64,000 nt of DNA from an uncultured delta proteobacterium. Its GTDB lineage: Bacteria; Myxococcota; Myxococcia; SLRQ01. The DNA lies in NCBI GenBank assembly GCA_963727485.1, contig CAVSGM010000002.1:1376001-1440000 (forward strand). The letters run 5' to 3'. The translations under genes were made by a program, and so were the position numbers. The notes beneath the pieces were generated by a model, which was given only the letters and a program-made list of their open reading frames with translations, was not told the DNA's origin and made no database searches. Positions 53,139 through 63,861 of the stretch are shown here, in pieces (position 1 is the stretch's first letter; the number at the start of each line of letters is the position of its first letter).

Positions 53139-54134
53139 CTACGCCGGCCGGGCCAGGGTGAGGGCGAAGAAGTCGTCGGTCGGGGTGTCGAACCGCGCCA
53201 CGTTGAAGCCCGCCGCCTCGAGCATGCTGGTCACCGACGGCCGGGTGAACTTCCGGCTCACCTCGGTGTGGATGCTCTCGCCCTCGGCGAAGGGGACCTG
53301 GAGGTCCAGGGCCTCGAGGTGCACCGTCTGGGCCCGCTTGGAGACCAGGTGCATCTCCACCCGCGCCTTCGCGGGATCGAAGAAGGCCCGGTGCTCGAAG
53401 GCCTCGGGGTCGAAGTCGGCGCCGAGCTCCCGGTCGAGGACGGTGAGGAGGTTCTTGTTGAAGGCGGCGGTGAGCCCCTCGGGGTCGTTGTAGGCCCGGT
53501 CGAGGATCGCCTTGTCCTTGACCAGGTCGGTGCCCAGGAGCAGGGCGTCGCCTACGTGGAGGTGGGCCCGGACCTTGGAGAGGAAGGCCACCGCGTCGTC
53601 GGGCTCGAAGTTCCCGATGGTCCCGCCGAGGAAGGCCACCAGGCGCCTGGCCCCGGCGGGCATCCGGGGGAGCGTGTGCTCGTAGTCGCCGACGATGCCG
53701 TGGATGGCGAGCCAGGGGTAGTCGGCCAGCAGCGCCTGGGCGCTCGTCCGGAGCATGGAGGCGCTCACGTCCATGGGCACGAAGGTCACCGGGCCCTCGG
53801 CGGCGTGCATCGCCTCCAGGAGGATCCGGGTCTTCCGGGCGGCGCCGCTGCCGAGCTCCACCAGGTGGGTCGGGTCCACCTCGGCCATCACCTCGCCGGC
53901 CACCGCCTCGAGGAGGGCGGCCTCGGTCCGGGTGGGGTAGTAGGCCTCGGTGTGGCAGATGGCGTCGAAGAGCTTCGAGCCCCGCTCGTCGTAGAAGTAC
54001 TTCGGGGGCAGGCGCTTGACCTCGCCGGTGAGGCCGGCGCGGACGTCGTCCTCGAGGGTGGCCGCGGGCTGCCCGCCAGGGGCGACGTCGAGGGTCAGGC
54101 GCTCGGGCGCGGGGGCGGTGGGCTGGCGTTCCAT
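53139..54134 (-). CDS. egtD: L-histidine N-alpha-methyltransferase (ergothioneine pathway)
   Basis: LPPKYFYDERGSKLF, YYPTRTE, VELGSG...KT, FLGGTIGN, AYND..G.TAAFNKN, IHTE.SRKF. Confidence 0.93.
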   Translation of the reverse strand: MERQPTAPAPERLTLDVAPGGQPAATLEDDVRAGLTGEVKRLPPKYFYDERGSKLFDAICHTEAYYPTRTEAALLEAVAGEVMAEVDPTHLVELGSGAARKTRILLEAMHAAEGPVTFVPMDVSASMLRTSAQALLADYPWLAIHGIVGDYEHTLPRMPAGARRLVAFLGGTIGNFEPDDAVAFLSKVRAHLHVGDALLLGTDLVKDKAILDRAYNDPEGLTAAFNKNLLTVLDRELGADFDPEAFEHRAFFDPAKARVEMHLVSKRAQTVHLEALDLQVPFAEGESIHTEVSRKFTRPSVTSMLEAAGFNVARFDTPTDDFFALTLARPA

Positions 54135-54193
54135 CGACGGCCTCCTCGGGGGATCCTACCAGCCCTTGGGCCGCGGGCCACCCCCGGCAGGGG

Positions 54194-55093
54194 TCACGCG
54201 GCCTTCAGGGTGGCGCCGAGGGCGGCCTCGAGGGTGCGGTGTCGGAAGGGGTAGCCGGCGGCCTCGAGGGCCGCGGGGGCGACCCGGGCGCTGGCGAAGA
54301 GCAGGGCGTCGGCCATCTCGCCCATGGCCAGGCGGGCGGCGAAGGCGGGGACCGGCATCAGGGTGGGGCGGTGGAGCACCGTGCCCAGGGTCCGGGTGAA
54401 CTCGAGGTTCCGCACCGGCGCCGGGCCCACCACGTTCACCGGGCCTTCGAGGCTGTCGGCGTGGAGGGCGAAGGTGGCGGCGCCGACGACGTCCTCGACG
54501 CTCACCCAGCTCATCCACTGCTGGCCGTCCCCGAGGCGGCCCCCGAGGCCGAGCTTGAAGATCGGCGCCAGCCGGGCGAGCAGGCCCCCCTCGCCGAGGA
54601 CCAGGCCCAGGCGCAGCAGGGCCACCCGGATCCCCGCCTCGGCGGCGACGGCGGTCTCGCGCTCCCAGGCCTGGCAGACCTCCGGGAGGAAGCCGGTGCC
54701 CGGGGGGCTGTGCTCATCGAGGACCTCGTCGCCGCGGTCGCCGTAGATCCCGATGGCCGAGGCGGAGACCATCACCCCCGGCCGCTTCCGGCAGTGGGCC
54801 AGCGCCCCGGCGAGCAGCCGGGTGCCCGCCTCGCGGCTCTCGAGGATCCGCTGCTTTCGGGCCTCGGTCCACCGGCCGGCGGCGATGGGCTCGCCGGCGA
54901 GGTGGATGACCGCGTCGAAGCCCTCCACCGCCTCGGGATCGAGGCGCCCGGCCTCGGGGGACCAGGGGATGGCCTCGCCCTCGGCGTGGGCCGGGGTCCG
55001 GGTGAGGGTGACCACCCGGTGACCCTGCCGGCCGAGCTTGGCCTCCAGGGCCCGGCCGAGGAAGCCGGTGGCGCCGCTCATCAGGATCCGCAT
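54194..55093 (-). CDS. TIGR01777-family NAD-dependent epimerase
   Basis: SGATGFLG, HLAGEPI, RWT...K..I..SR, ASAIGIYG, GGRLGDGQQWMSW. Confidence 0.92.
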   Translation of the reverse strand: MRILMSGATGFLGRALEAKLGRQGHRVVTLTRTPAHAEGEAIPWSPEAGRLDPEAVEGFDAVIHLAGEPIAAGRWTEARKQRILESREAGTRLLAGALAHCRKRPGVMVSASAIGIYGDRGDEVLDEHSPPGTGFLPEVCQAWERETAVAAEAGIRVALLRLGLVLGEGGLLARLAPIFKLGLGGRLGDGQQWMSWVSVEDVVGAATFALHADSLEGPVNVVGPAPVRNLEFTRTLGTVLHRPTLMPVPAFAARLAMGEMADALLFASARVAPAALEAAGYPFRHRTLEAALGATLKAA

Positions 55094-55159
55094 CGCCCCG
55101 TTAGATAGGGACCGCCCGGGCCCCATGGCAAGGGGTCCGGTTTGGGGTAGCGTCGGCCC

Positions 55160-56269
55160 ATGCGCCGCCTCGCCCGGCTCGGCTGCCTGCTGCTCACCGC
55201 GACCGCCGCCACCCCCGCCCTGGCCCACCAGACCGCGGCCAGCCGCCTGGAGATCAACGTCCGCGCCCCGGCCCGGGCGGTGGACGTCCTGTTCATCCTC
55301 CCGGCCCGGGACCTCGCCGACACCCTGGGCCTCCCGGGGGGCCCCGGCGGCCTGGCGACGAAGGCGGGCCTCGCCGCCGAGAAGGCCCGCATCGACCGCT
55401 ACCTCGACCAGACGGTCGCGGTCCTCGCCGACCACCACCGCTGCGCCCCGGCTCCCGCGTCCACCCTCCGCCCGGCCGCCGGCGGCCGCCACGTCCTCTG
55501 GCTCGCCACCTTCCAGTGCGACCGGCCGATCCGGGTCCTGCGCCTGGAGGTGCGCACCCTCTTCGAGAACGGCCGCTACCGCCACTTCGCGCGGATCCAG
55601 GTGGGCGCCCGGATCTACCCGGCGGTGTTCAGCCCGCGCCTGCCCTACTGGGAGCTGCGCCTGGGGACGGCGCCGTCGCTCTGGCGCATCGTCGGCCGCT
55701 TCGGGTGGCAGGGGGTGCGCCACATCCTCTCGGGGCCGGACCACATCCTCTTCATCGTCTGCCTGCTCCTGGTGGCGCGCTCCCTCAAGGAGCTGCTGGG
55801 GGTGGTCTCGGCGTTCACCGTGGCCCACACCCTCACCCTGCTCCTCTCGGCCCTGGGGGTGATGACCCTCCCTCCGCGGATCGCCGAGCCGGCCATCGCC
55901 GCCACCATCGCCTACGTCGCCTTCGAGAACCTGCGCCTGGGCCTCAAGGGCAGGCTGAAGCCGCCCCACCGCTACCTGGTGACCTTCGTGTTCGGCCTGG
56001 TCCACGGCTTCGGCTTCTCCTACGTCCTGCGCCGTCAGCTCGACCTGCCGACCCACGCCCTGCTCCCGGCCCTCTTCGCCTTCAACGGCGGGGTGGAGGT
56101 GGGCCAGGCGATCATCGTGGTGTCGGTGTGGCCGTGGGTCCGCTGGCTGATGGGCCGGCGCGCCTACCCGCGGATCCTGGTGGTCGTCAGCGCCGGGGTC
56201 CTGGCGATGGCCCTGTGGTGGATGGTCACCCGGGCCCTCGGTCCCGCTATACTGACCGGCTCCGGATGA
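55160..56269 (+). CDS. HupE/UreJ-family membrane protein
   Basis: ALAH signal end, GVRHILSGPDHILF, AFTVAHTLTL, FGLVHGFGF, FNGGVEVGQ. Confidence 0.88.
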   Translation: MRRLARLGCLLLTATAATPALAHQTAASRLEINVRAPARAVDVLFILPARDLADTLGLPGGPGGLATKAGLAAEKARIDRYLDQTVAVLADHHRCAPAPASTLRPAAGGRHVLWLATFQCDRPIRVLRLEVRTLFENGRYRHFARIQVGARIYPAVFSPRLPYWELRLGTAPSLWRIVGRFGWQGVRHILSGPDHILFIVCLLLVARSLKELLGVVSAFTVAHTLTLLLSALGVMTLPPRIAEPAIAATIAYVAFENLRLGLKGRLKPPHRYLVTFVFGLVHGFGFSYVLRRQLDLPTHALLPALFAFNGGVEVGQAIIVVSVWPWVRWLMGRRAYPRILVVVSAGVLAMALWWMVTRALGPAILTGSG

Positions 56270-57966
56270 CGACCCACACCAAGAGCCACGACACCCCGAC
56301 CTCCGGCGTCCCCCGGTTCGAGCCCGAGGTCTTCGGCAAGTACTTCCTGCTCCAGCGCATGGCGGTGGGGGGCATGGCCGAGGTGATCCGCGCCAAGACC
56401 CTCGGCGCCGGCGGCTTCCAGAAGGAGCTGGTGGTCAAGCGCATCCTCCCCAAGCTCGCCAAGGACCACAGCTTCGTGCGGATGTTCGTCAACGAGGCCA
56501 AGATCACCGTGGGCCTCACCCACCCCAACATCGCCCAGATCTTCGAGCTGGGGCAGGTGGGCGAGACCTACTTCATGTCCATGGAGCTGGTCGACGGGAT
56601 CCAGGTCCGGGAGCTGGTGCCCCTCTTCCGCGAGCACCGCCTGGGGGTGGACCACGCGGTGTGGCTCTGCCTCGAGGCCCTCAAGGGGCTCGACCACGCC
56701 CACCGGGCCACCGACGCCCTGGGGGTGCCGCTGGGGATCGTCCACTGCGACATCAGCCCCGACAACCTCATGGTCACCTTCGACGCCGGGGTGAAGGTCG
56801 TCGACTTCGGCATCGCCCGGGCGGCCACCGGGCTGTCCAACGCCAAGAGCGGCACGGTGATGGGCAAGGTGAACTACCTCTCGCCCGAGCAGGCGACCGC
56901 CGGGGCGGTGGACGCGCGCACCGACGTGTTCGCCGTGGGCGTGGTCCTCTACCACCTGCTCACCGGCGCCTACCCCTATGGCCGCTTCGAGCGCCTCGAG
57001 GACCTGGTGCCCCTGGTGGCCGGCGAGGTGCCCTACATCGCCGCCCGGGAGCACGACAAGCGCATCCCCGACGAGCTCGACCCCATCCTCAAGCGCGCGG
57101 TGGCGGTGCGCCGGGAGGACCGGTTCCCCGACGCCCGGGCCCTGATGGTCGCCCTCGAGGAGACGCTCTACCCCACGCCCCACTCGGCCATCGCCGAGCA
57201 CCTGCGGGTGGAGGTGGGCCGGACCTTCGCCTCCCACCGCGACCGGATGGCGCGGCTGCGGGCCAACGACGAGACGGTGATGCGGATCCTCGGCCGCCGG
57301 GTCGAGGCCAAGGCCAAGGACGAGAGCCCGGACCTGGAGCTGGTCGAGGCCCTCACCCGGCAGCGGGACCACACCCGGACCCAGCGGACGGCCCCGGTGC
57401 GCCGGCCCCGCCCCCGGCGCCGGTCGCCGTGGCGGCTCTCGCTCGCCCAGCTCGCGGTGTCGGTGCTCCTCGCCGCCGCCCTCGCCGCCTCGGGCCTCGC
57501 CGGGTGGCGGTGGCTCGCCCCGGGGGCGCTGGTGATCACCTCCACCCCGCCGGGGGCCCGGGTGATCGTCGACGGCACCCCGGCGCCGGGGGTCACCCCG
57601 GTGGTGCTCCAGGGGATGAACCGCCACAAGCGCTACCGCATCCGCGTCCAGAGCGCCGGCCACGCCGACTGGACCGGCGCGGCGGTGCCCGACGGCCGGG
57701 GGGTCACGGTGGTCAACGCGGACCTCGAGAGCCAGGAGGGCGACCTCGAGGTCGAGTCGGTGCCCCCCGGGGCCGAGGTCTTCCTCGACGACGCGCCCAG
57801 GGGCCGCACCCCCACCGTGCTCCGCGGGGTCGACCTCCGGGTGCCCCACAAGCTCGAGCTCCGGCGCCGGGGCTTCGAGCCCGACGCCGCGGTGCTCCAG
57901 CACCTCCACGGCGGCGACACGGTGAAGCGGGTGCTCCACCGGGCCGGGCGCCGCCGCCGGCGCTAG
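56266..57966 (+). CDS. Membrane Ser/Thr protein kinase with two PEGA domains
   Basis: GGMAEV, VVKR, HPNI, HCDISPDN, DFG, YLSPEQ, TM helix, STPPGA.V.VDG and SVPPGA.V repeats. Confidence 0.92.
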   Translation: MTTHTKSHDTPTSGVPRFEPEVFGKYFLLQRMAVGGMAEVIRAKTLGAGGFQKELVVKRILPKLAKDHSFVRMFVNEAKITVGLTHPNIAQIFELGQVGETYFMSMELVDGIQVRELVPLFREHRLGVDHAVWLCLEALKGLDHAHRATDALGVPLGIVHCDISPDNLMVTFDAGVKVVDFGIARAATGLSNAKSGTVMGKVNYLSPEQATAGAVDARTDVFAVGVVLYHLLTGAYPYGRFERLEDLVPLVAGEVPYIAAREHDKRIPDELDPILKRAVAVRREDRFPDARALMVALEETLYPTPHSAIAEHLRVEVGRTFASHRDRMARLRANDETVMRILGRRVEAKAKDESPDLELVEALTRQRDHTRTQRTAPVRRPRPRRRSPWRLSLAQLAVSVLLAAALAASGLAGWRWLAPGALVITSTPPGARVIVDGTPAPGVTPVVLQGMNRHKRYRIRVQSAGHADWTGAAVPDGRGVTVVNADLESQEGDLEVESVPPGAEVFLDDAPRGRTPTVLRGVDLRVPHKLELRRRGFEPDAAVLQHLHGGDTVKRVLHRAGRRRRR

Positions 57967-59455
57967 CTAGTAGCGCTGGCCGAGCCAGGCCACGGCGTTC
58001 TGGAAGAACACCGCGTCGTCGTAGGGATCGGCCGAGGTGTGGTCCCAGGCGTCGTACTGGGGCTTGGTCCAGTTGGTGGCCGTGCCGTCGTCGGCGCTCG
58101 AGGAGTCACCGTGGACCACGAACCGCCCGGCGCCCAGCTGCCCGGCGGCGTCGAAGGTGCCCCCGGCGAGGGTGGCGAGCTCGAGGACGCTGGGGTTGGT
58201 GGCGGTGTCCAGGGTCATGGTGCTGCCGTTCCAGCAGCCCAGGGTCGACACCGAGCCGTAGGGGCCGCGCATGGGGGCCGCCCCGGACGTGGCCTGGACC
58301 GTGCCCGAGTCGTTTGAGCCGTCCAGGTGCACCCCCCAGCTGTCCGAGGCGAAGAGCTGGTTGAGGATCTGCACCGCGTCGGCCCCGGAGTGGTTCCGGT
58401 CGGCGTTGCCGTGGTCGCTGATGGCGAGGAGGCCCCCGCCGGCGCGGACGAAGGCGTCGATGGCCTGGATCTCGCTCGCGGAGAGGGTGTCGTTGGGCTC
58501 GGGGAGGACCAGCACCTGGAAGTGCGAGAGGTCCTGGGCCCCGCCGCTCCCGTAGGTCAGCTGGCCGCCGGGGGGCAGGGTCTCCAGCGTGTCCCCGTCC
58601 TTGTAGAGGGCGACGCCGAAGCTGGAGTAGGCGCCCGTCCAGTCGGTGCCGGTGGTGGGGCTCGACGGCGCGGGGATGGGCATGTTGGAGTCGATGATCC
58701 AGTCGGCGTTCCCCGCCTGCTCGGCGTGGGCGTCGTCGAAGAGGACGTGGAGGCTGCCGGTGCCGCCGCCGCCGGAGCCGCCGTCGGTGCCGCCGGTGCC
58801 CCCGTCGGTGCCGCCGCCCGTGGTCCCGCCGTCGGTCCCGCCCCCGCAGCTGCTGGGCGGGGCCTCGCAGGCGCAGGTGGAGGTGTCGCACCACCAGCCG
58901 TTGTAGCAGCCGTTGGCCTGGCAGTTCCCCGAGCCCGGGGTGCACGAGGTGCAGCAGAGGTTCGGGGTGCTCGGGGGCGCCGCCGGGCCGCACCAGCCGG
59001 GGTTGCCCCCGTTGCCCCCGTCGGTGACCGTCCCGCCATCGGTGCCGCCGGTGCCGCCGGTGCCGCCATCGGTGACCGTCCCGCCGTCGGTGCCGGCGCC
59101 GCAGGTGGTGGGCGGGGCCACGCAGCCGCAGGCCGAGGTGTCGCACCACCAGCCGTTGTAGCAGCCGTTGGCCTGGCAGTTCGCCGAGCCCGGGGTGCAC
59201 GAGGTGCAGCAGAGGTTCGCGGCGCTCGGGGGCGCCGCCGGGCCGCACCAGCCGGCGTAGCCGCCGTCGGCGTTGCTGCCGTTGCCGCCGTCGTTGGCCG
59301 TCCCGCCGTCCGTGGCCCCGGTGCCCCCGCCGTCGGCCACCGTGCCCCCGCCGCCATCGGTCCCGGTGCCGCCGCCTATCGGAGCCCCCGTAGGCGCCAC
59401 ACGCGGCGAGGCCGAGGACCAGGGAGGCGAGGAGGACGAGGCGAACGCGGGTCAT
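57967..59455 (-). CDS. Lipoprotein with two 10-Cys modules and a C-terminal GATase-like/DUF4350-like domain (indel near 59385)
   Basis: Signal MTRVRLVLLASLVLGLAAC, DGG linkers, VLFDDAHAEQAGNADW, LVLPEPN, FV.AGGGL..ISDH..ADR, GDSS. Confidence 0.7.
58843..59250 (-). repeat. Two 153-bp copies of a Cys-rich module (58843-58995 and 59098-59250); third copy at 60204-60356
   Basis: WCG..APP...NLCC.SCT.G...CQANGCY.GWWCDTS.C.C..P...CG. Confidence 0.9.
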
Positions 59456-59576
59456 GGGGGGCGTCTCCGGATGGGGTCCGGGGACGCTACCCCCAGGCCC
59501 CACCCCGGGCAATCGCCCGACAGCCGACGTAAGGCCATGATTCCCGGAGGGCAAGGAGCCCCGGGCCGGCGCGGGC

Positions 59577-60532
59577 CTAAGGCGATTGGAGGGGATCGCA
59601 GCCCCGGCCGAAGCAGAATCCGGAGCACCGGGTGGAGCTCGATCCCGTTGGGCGCCACGCCCGGTCTGGCCGTGGATCTCGTCGAAGAACCCGACGCCCA
59701 CCAGGCTGACGGTGTAGCTCGGGAACCCGGCGGAGGTCGTCGGGTGGAGGTACTGCTCCACCTCGTGCCGGGCGTGGGTGATGGTGCAGAAGAAGGGGCT
59801 CGAGGGGGTCACGCAGCCCGGGTAGGGGACCTCGACGATCATCGACCCCGGAGCCGTCGGAGACCATCAGGTGGTAGTCGCTGTCGTCCTCGAGCTTGTC
59901 CCAGGAGAGGTGCACGTCGCGCAGCTCCCACACCTGGGTCTCGGTGGGGGCCTGGCGCGGGAGGTACATCCCGTTGCCGGCGGCGATCTGCGAGGGGGCG
60001 GGGAGGGTGCGCAGGTGGGCGATGGTGGTCTGCTGGACGTTGGTGAGGCTCACCTGGGCGGCCGCCGGGTCGCCGCCGGTCTTGATCGACCAGCGCCAGG
60101 CGCCGCACTTGCCGGTGGACTCGGCGTGGTCGTAGGTGGCGCTGGTGGTGCAGGCGAGGCCGGTGGCGCCCGGGGGCGTGGTGGTGCCGCCGTCGCTCGT
60201 CGAGCCGCAGGCGGCGCTCGGGGAGACGCAGGTGCACGCCGAGGTGTCGCACCACCAGCCGCCGTAGCAGCCGTTTGCCTGGCAGCCGCTCTGGCCGGCG
60301 GTGCACGAGGCGCAGCAGAGGTTCGCGGCGTCCGGGGGGGCGACCTGGCCGCACCAGGCCGTGCCCGCGTCGGCGGCGCCCCCGTCGCCGGTCCCGCCGT
60401 CGTCGACCACCGCGCCCCCGTCCCCCCGGTGCCGCCGTCGGCGGGGAAGATCGGTACGCCCTTGAGCACCCCGCAGGCCCCGAGGAAGGCCCCGAGGAGG
60501 ATGGCGAGGACGAGGGGCAGGCGGCGGCGCAT
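59577..60532 (-). CDS. Lipoprotein with one 10-Cys module and an uncharacterised C-terminal domain (about four indels)
   Basis: Signal ...AFLGAC; pieced across frames: CGAWRWSIKTG, LEDDSDYHL, MIVEVP.P.C, GVGFFD..HGQTG, APNGIELHPV. Confidence 0.65.
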
Positions 60533-60655
60533 GGACGGGTCTCCTTCGGCGGCCCCCCGGCCACCCCAGCATCCGCCGCCGGGGCCGCGCCGGTCAACTT
60601 CGCGCCGATCCCCGAGGTAAGCGCCCGGGCGCCCCCGGCCCTACACTGACGGGCC

Positions 60656-61549
60656 ATGGCCCGCACCCCACCCTGGTTCGAGGACGCCCTCCACCACAGA
60701 CCCGAGCACCGCACCGTCCCCGTCGACGACTGCGCGGTCCACTACCTGCGCTGGGGCGATCCTGCGGACCCGGGGTTGATCCTGGTCCACGGCGGCGCCG
60801 CCCACGCCGAGTGGTGGAGCTTCCTCGCCCCGATGCTCGCCCGGCGCTACCACGTGGTGGCCCCGGACCTCTCGGGCCACGGCGACAGCGGCCGGCGGGC
60901 GGCCTACTCGGAGACCCTCTGGGCCAGAGGAGGTGGTGGCCGTCGCCGCCGACGCGGGGATGACGGCGCCCCCGGTGATCGTCGGCCACTCCATGGGGGG
61001 CCTGGTCACGGTGACCACCGCGGCGCTCCACCCCGAGGCGCCTCGCCGGGGCGATCCTGGTGGACACCCCGGTCCGCGCCCCCGACCCGGAGACCGCCGC
61101 GAGGGACACCGGCCGCGCCTTCCGGGGCCTGAAGACCTACGCGACCCGGCGCGAGGCGGTGGCCCGGTTCCGCCTCATCCCCGACCAGCCCTGCGAGAAC
61201 GACTTCATCCTCGACTCACCTCGCCCGGACCTCGGTGCGCTCGGTGGAGGGCGGCGGCTTCCAGTGGAAGTTCGACCCGAACATCTTCGACGGCATCCCC
61301 CGGGACAAGATGGCCGGCTACCTCGACCGGGTGGGCTGCCGGGTGGCGATGTTCCGGGGCGAGCTGTCCACGGTGGTGCCCCGGGAGACCGGCCGGGAGA
61401 TGTACGAGCGCCTCGGGCGCAACACCCCGCTCATCGAGGTCCCCGAGGCCCACCACCACCTCCTCCTCGACCAGCCGCTGGCCTTCGTCACCGGGCTGCG
61501 GGCGGTCCTCGAGGACTGGGCCCACTCGGTGCCGGCGAGCGCCCCGTGA
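60656..61549 (+). CDS. Alpha/beta hydrolase (about three indels)
   Basis: LVHGG.AH..WW, DLSGHGDS, VGHSMGG, WKFDP and AHHHLLLDQP across shifted frames. Confidence 0.8.
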
Positions 61550-61723
61550 CCCCGCGCCCTCTCAAGGGGCCCACGGTGATCGTCGCCGCCGGCGAGGGCG
61601 CCCCAGGGGCCGCATAGGCACGGAAAAGCCCCGCGCACCGCCTTTACGCACCGCGCCACGGGCGGTATCTTCCGCGCCCGCAACGCTGCGGAACCACACC
61701 GGGAACTCGTCCTCGGAGGCCCC

Positions 61724-63802
61724 ATGAACCCCTTCGTGATGGGCGCGATGCTCGTCCTCGCCCTCTCCGCCTTCGCGTACACCATGCAGCACCGGGTGCG
61801 CCTGCTCCTCGCCCTGCGCGGCGAGAACCGCTTCGACCACCCGGTCGCCCGCCTCGGCGCCATGCTGAAGTTCGCCGTGGGCCAGCGGCGCATGGTCCAG
61901 AAGCCCGACACCCGCCCGGGCACCGCCCACGTCCTCATCTTCTTCGGGTTCCTGGTGGTCTCCCTGCGCACCATCACCCTGGTGGGCCAGGGCTTCTCCG
62001 TGGGCTTCCACCTGCCGCTGCTCGGGGCCGAGCAGCCGCTGGGCGTCGCCTACGACTTCCTCAAGGACTTCGTCAGCCTCGGGGTGCTCTTCGGCGTCGG
62101 GGTGTTCTTCTACCGGCGCCTGTGGAGCAAGCCCGAGCGCTCGGAGCCCAACCTCAAGGGCGAGGCCCTGGCGATCCTGGCCATGATCGCCTGGCTGATG
62201 ATCTCCGACTTCGGGGTCGAGGGGGCGCGCTTCCTCATGGGCGCGGTCCACCCGGCGAGCATCGTCGGCCAGGGCGTCGAGCACCTCTACGCGGGCCTCG
62301 GGTTCACCGCCGCCGGCCTCGGCACGCAGGTGGCCCTCCAGTTCTTCTTCTGGACCCACGTGGGCACGGTGCTGGTGTTCCTCAACGTGCTGCCCATCGG
62401 CAAGCACTTCCACGTGATCACCGCCCTGCCCAACGTGTTCTTCAAGCGCCTCGACGCCAAGGCCAAGCTCCCGACCCTCGACCTCGAGGACGAGGAGAAC
62501 CCCCACTTCGGCGCGGCGACCATCGCCGACCTCCACTGGAAGAACCTCTTCGACATCTACACCTGCACCGAGTGCGGCCGCTGCCTCACCCACTGCCCCA
62601 CCTACGTGACCGGCAAGCCGCTGACCCACAAGGGCGTCAACATGGCGCTCAAGCACCACGCCTACGACCTCACCCAGGGGCTCATCGGCGAGACCGACTG
62701 GGTGCCGGGGATGCCGCTGGTCAAGGCCATCGAGGACGGCGCGCTGCCGGCCTTGAACCCCGGGGTCATCTCCGACGAGACCGCCTGGGCCTGCACCACC
62801 TGCGGGTGGTGCGAGCAGGCCTGCCCCCTGTTCATCGAGAACGTGCCCCGGCTCATCGAGATGCGCCGCAACCTGGTGATGGTCGAGAGCCGCTTCCCCG
62901 GTGAGCTCACCCCGTTCTTCAAGAACCTGGAGAACCAGTCCAACCCCTGGGGCGTGGCCGCCGCCGACCGCGACGCCTGGTGCGCCGACCTCGACGTCCC
63001 CCGGGCCGCCGACGGCGGCGAGTTCGACTACCTCTACTACGTGGGCTGCGCCAGCTCCTTCGACGACCGGGCCAAGAAGATCTCCCGCTCGGTGGTCCAG
63101 GTGCTCAAGGCCGCCGACGTGAGCTTCGCCATCCTCGGCCGCGAGGAGAGCTGCAACGGCGACCAGGCCCGCCGCGCCGGCAACGAGTACCTCTACCAGA
63201 TCCTCGCCCAGCAGCTCATCGAGACCCTCGACGGCTACAAGGTGAAGAAGATCATCACCACCTGCCCCCACTGCTTCAACGTGCTCTTCAACGAGTACCC
63301 CGACCTCGGCGGCCACTACGAGGTGATCCACCACTCGAGCTTCATCGAGGCGCTGATGCGCGACGGGAAGCTCAAGCTCGACGCCTCGCGGTGGTCGGGC
63401 GGCAAGATCACCTACCACGACGCCTGCTACCTCGGCCGGCACAACGGGGTCTTCGACGCGCCCCGGGACGCCCTGAAGCAGGCCACCGGGCTCCCGGTCC
63501 TGGAGATGCCGCGCAACCGCGAGCAGGCCTTCTGCTGCGGCGCCGGCGGCAGCCGGATGTGGATGGAGGAGAAGCTCGGCACCCGGATCAACCAGAACCG
63601 GGTCGCCGAGGCCAAGGAGACCGGCGCCGACGTGGTCGCCACCGCCTGCCCCTTCTGCCAGACCATGGTCAAGGACGGCATCAGCGAGCTCGGCCTCGAG
63701 GAGCAGCTCAAGACCTTCGACTTCGCCGAGATCGTCGCCGAGACCCTCGCCGGGCAGGTGGCCGCGCCCAAGGCCGCGGCCGCCCCCGAGACCGAGGGGT
63801 GA
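61724..63802 (+). CDS. Membrane-bound Fe-S oxidoreductase (FadF/HdrD-like, CCG domains)
   Basis: N-terminal TM region, CTECGRCLTHCP, CTTCGWCEQACP, YVGC, CPHC, YHDAC, CCGAGG, ACPFC. Confidence 0.9.
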   Translation: MNPFVMGAMLVLALSAFAYTMQHRVRLLLALRGENRFDHPVARLGAMLKFAVGQRRMVQKPDTRPGTAHVLIFFGFLVVSLRTITLVGQGFSVGFHLPLLGAEQPLGVAYDFLKDFVSLGVLFGVGVFFYRRLWSKPERSEPNLKGEALAILAMIAWLMISDFGVEGARFLMGAVHPASIVGQGVEHLYAGLGFTAAGLGTQVALQFFFWTHVGTVLVFLNVLPIGKHFHVITALPNVFFKRLDAKAKLPTLDLEDEENPHFGAATIADLHWKNLFDIYTCTECGRCLTHCPTYVTGKPLTHKGVNMALKHHAYDLTQGLIGETDWVPGMPLVKAIEDGALPALNPGVISDETAWACTTCGWCEQACPLFIENVPRLIEMRRNLVMVESRFPGELTPFFKNLENQSNPWGVAAADRDAWCADLDVPRAADGGEFDYLYYVGCASSFDDRAKKISRSVVQVLKAADVSFAILGREESCNGDQARRAGNEYLYQILAQQLIETLDGYKVKKIITTCPHCFNVLFNEYPDLGGHYEVIHHSSFIEALMRDGKLKLDASRWSGGKITYHDACYLGRHNGVFDAPRDALKQATGLPVLEMPRNREQAFCCGAGGSRMWMEEKLGTRINQNRVAEAKETGADVVATACPFCQTMVKDGISELGLEEQLKTFDFAEIVAETLAGQVAAPKAAAAPETEG

Positions 63803-63861
63803 TCCGGGCGTCGGGGGTGGGATCGCGGCGGCACCCGTGGCAGGGTGTCGCCGTGCCCGCC

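Noticed and set aside
53139..54134. egtD as part of a novel biosynthetic cluster
   Set aside because: Neighbouring genes are unrelated housekeeping genes, and egtB is often encoded elsewhere.
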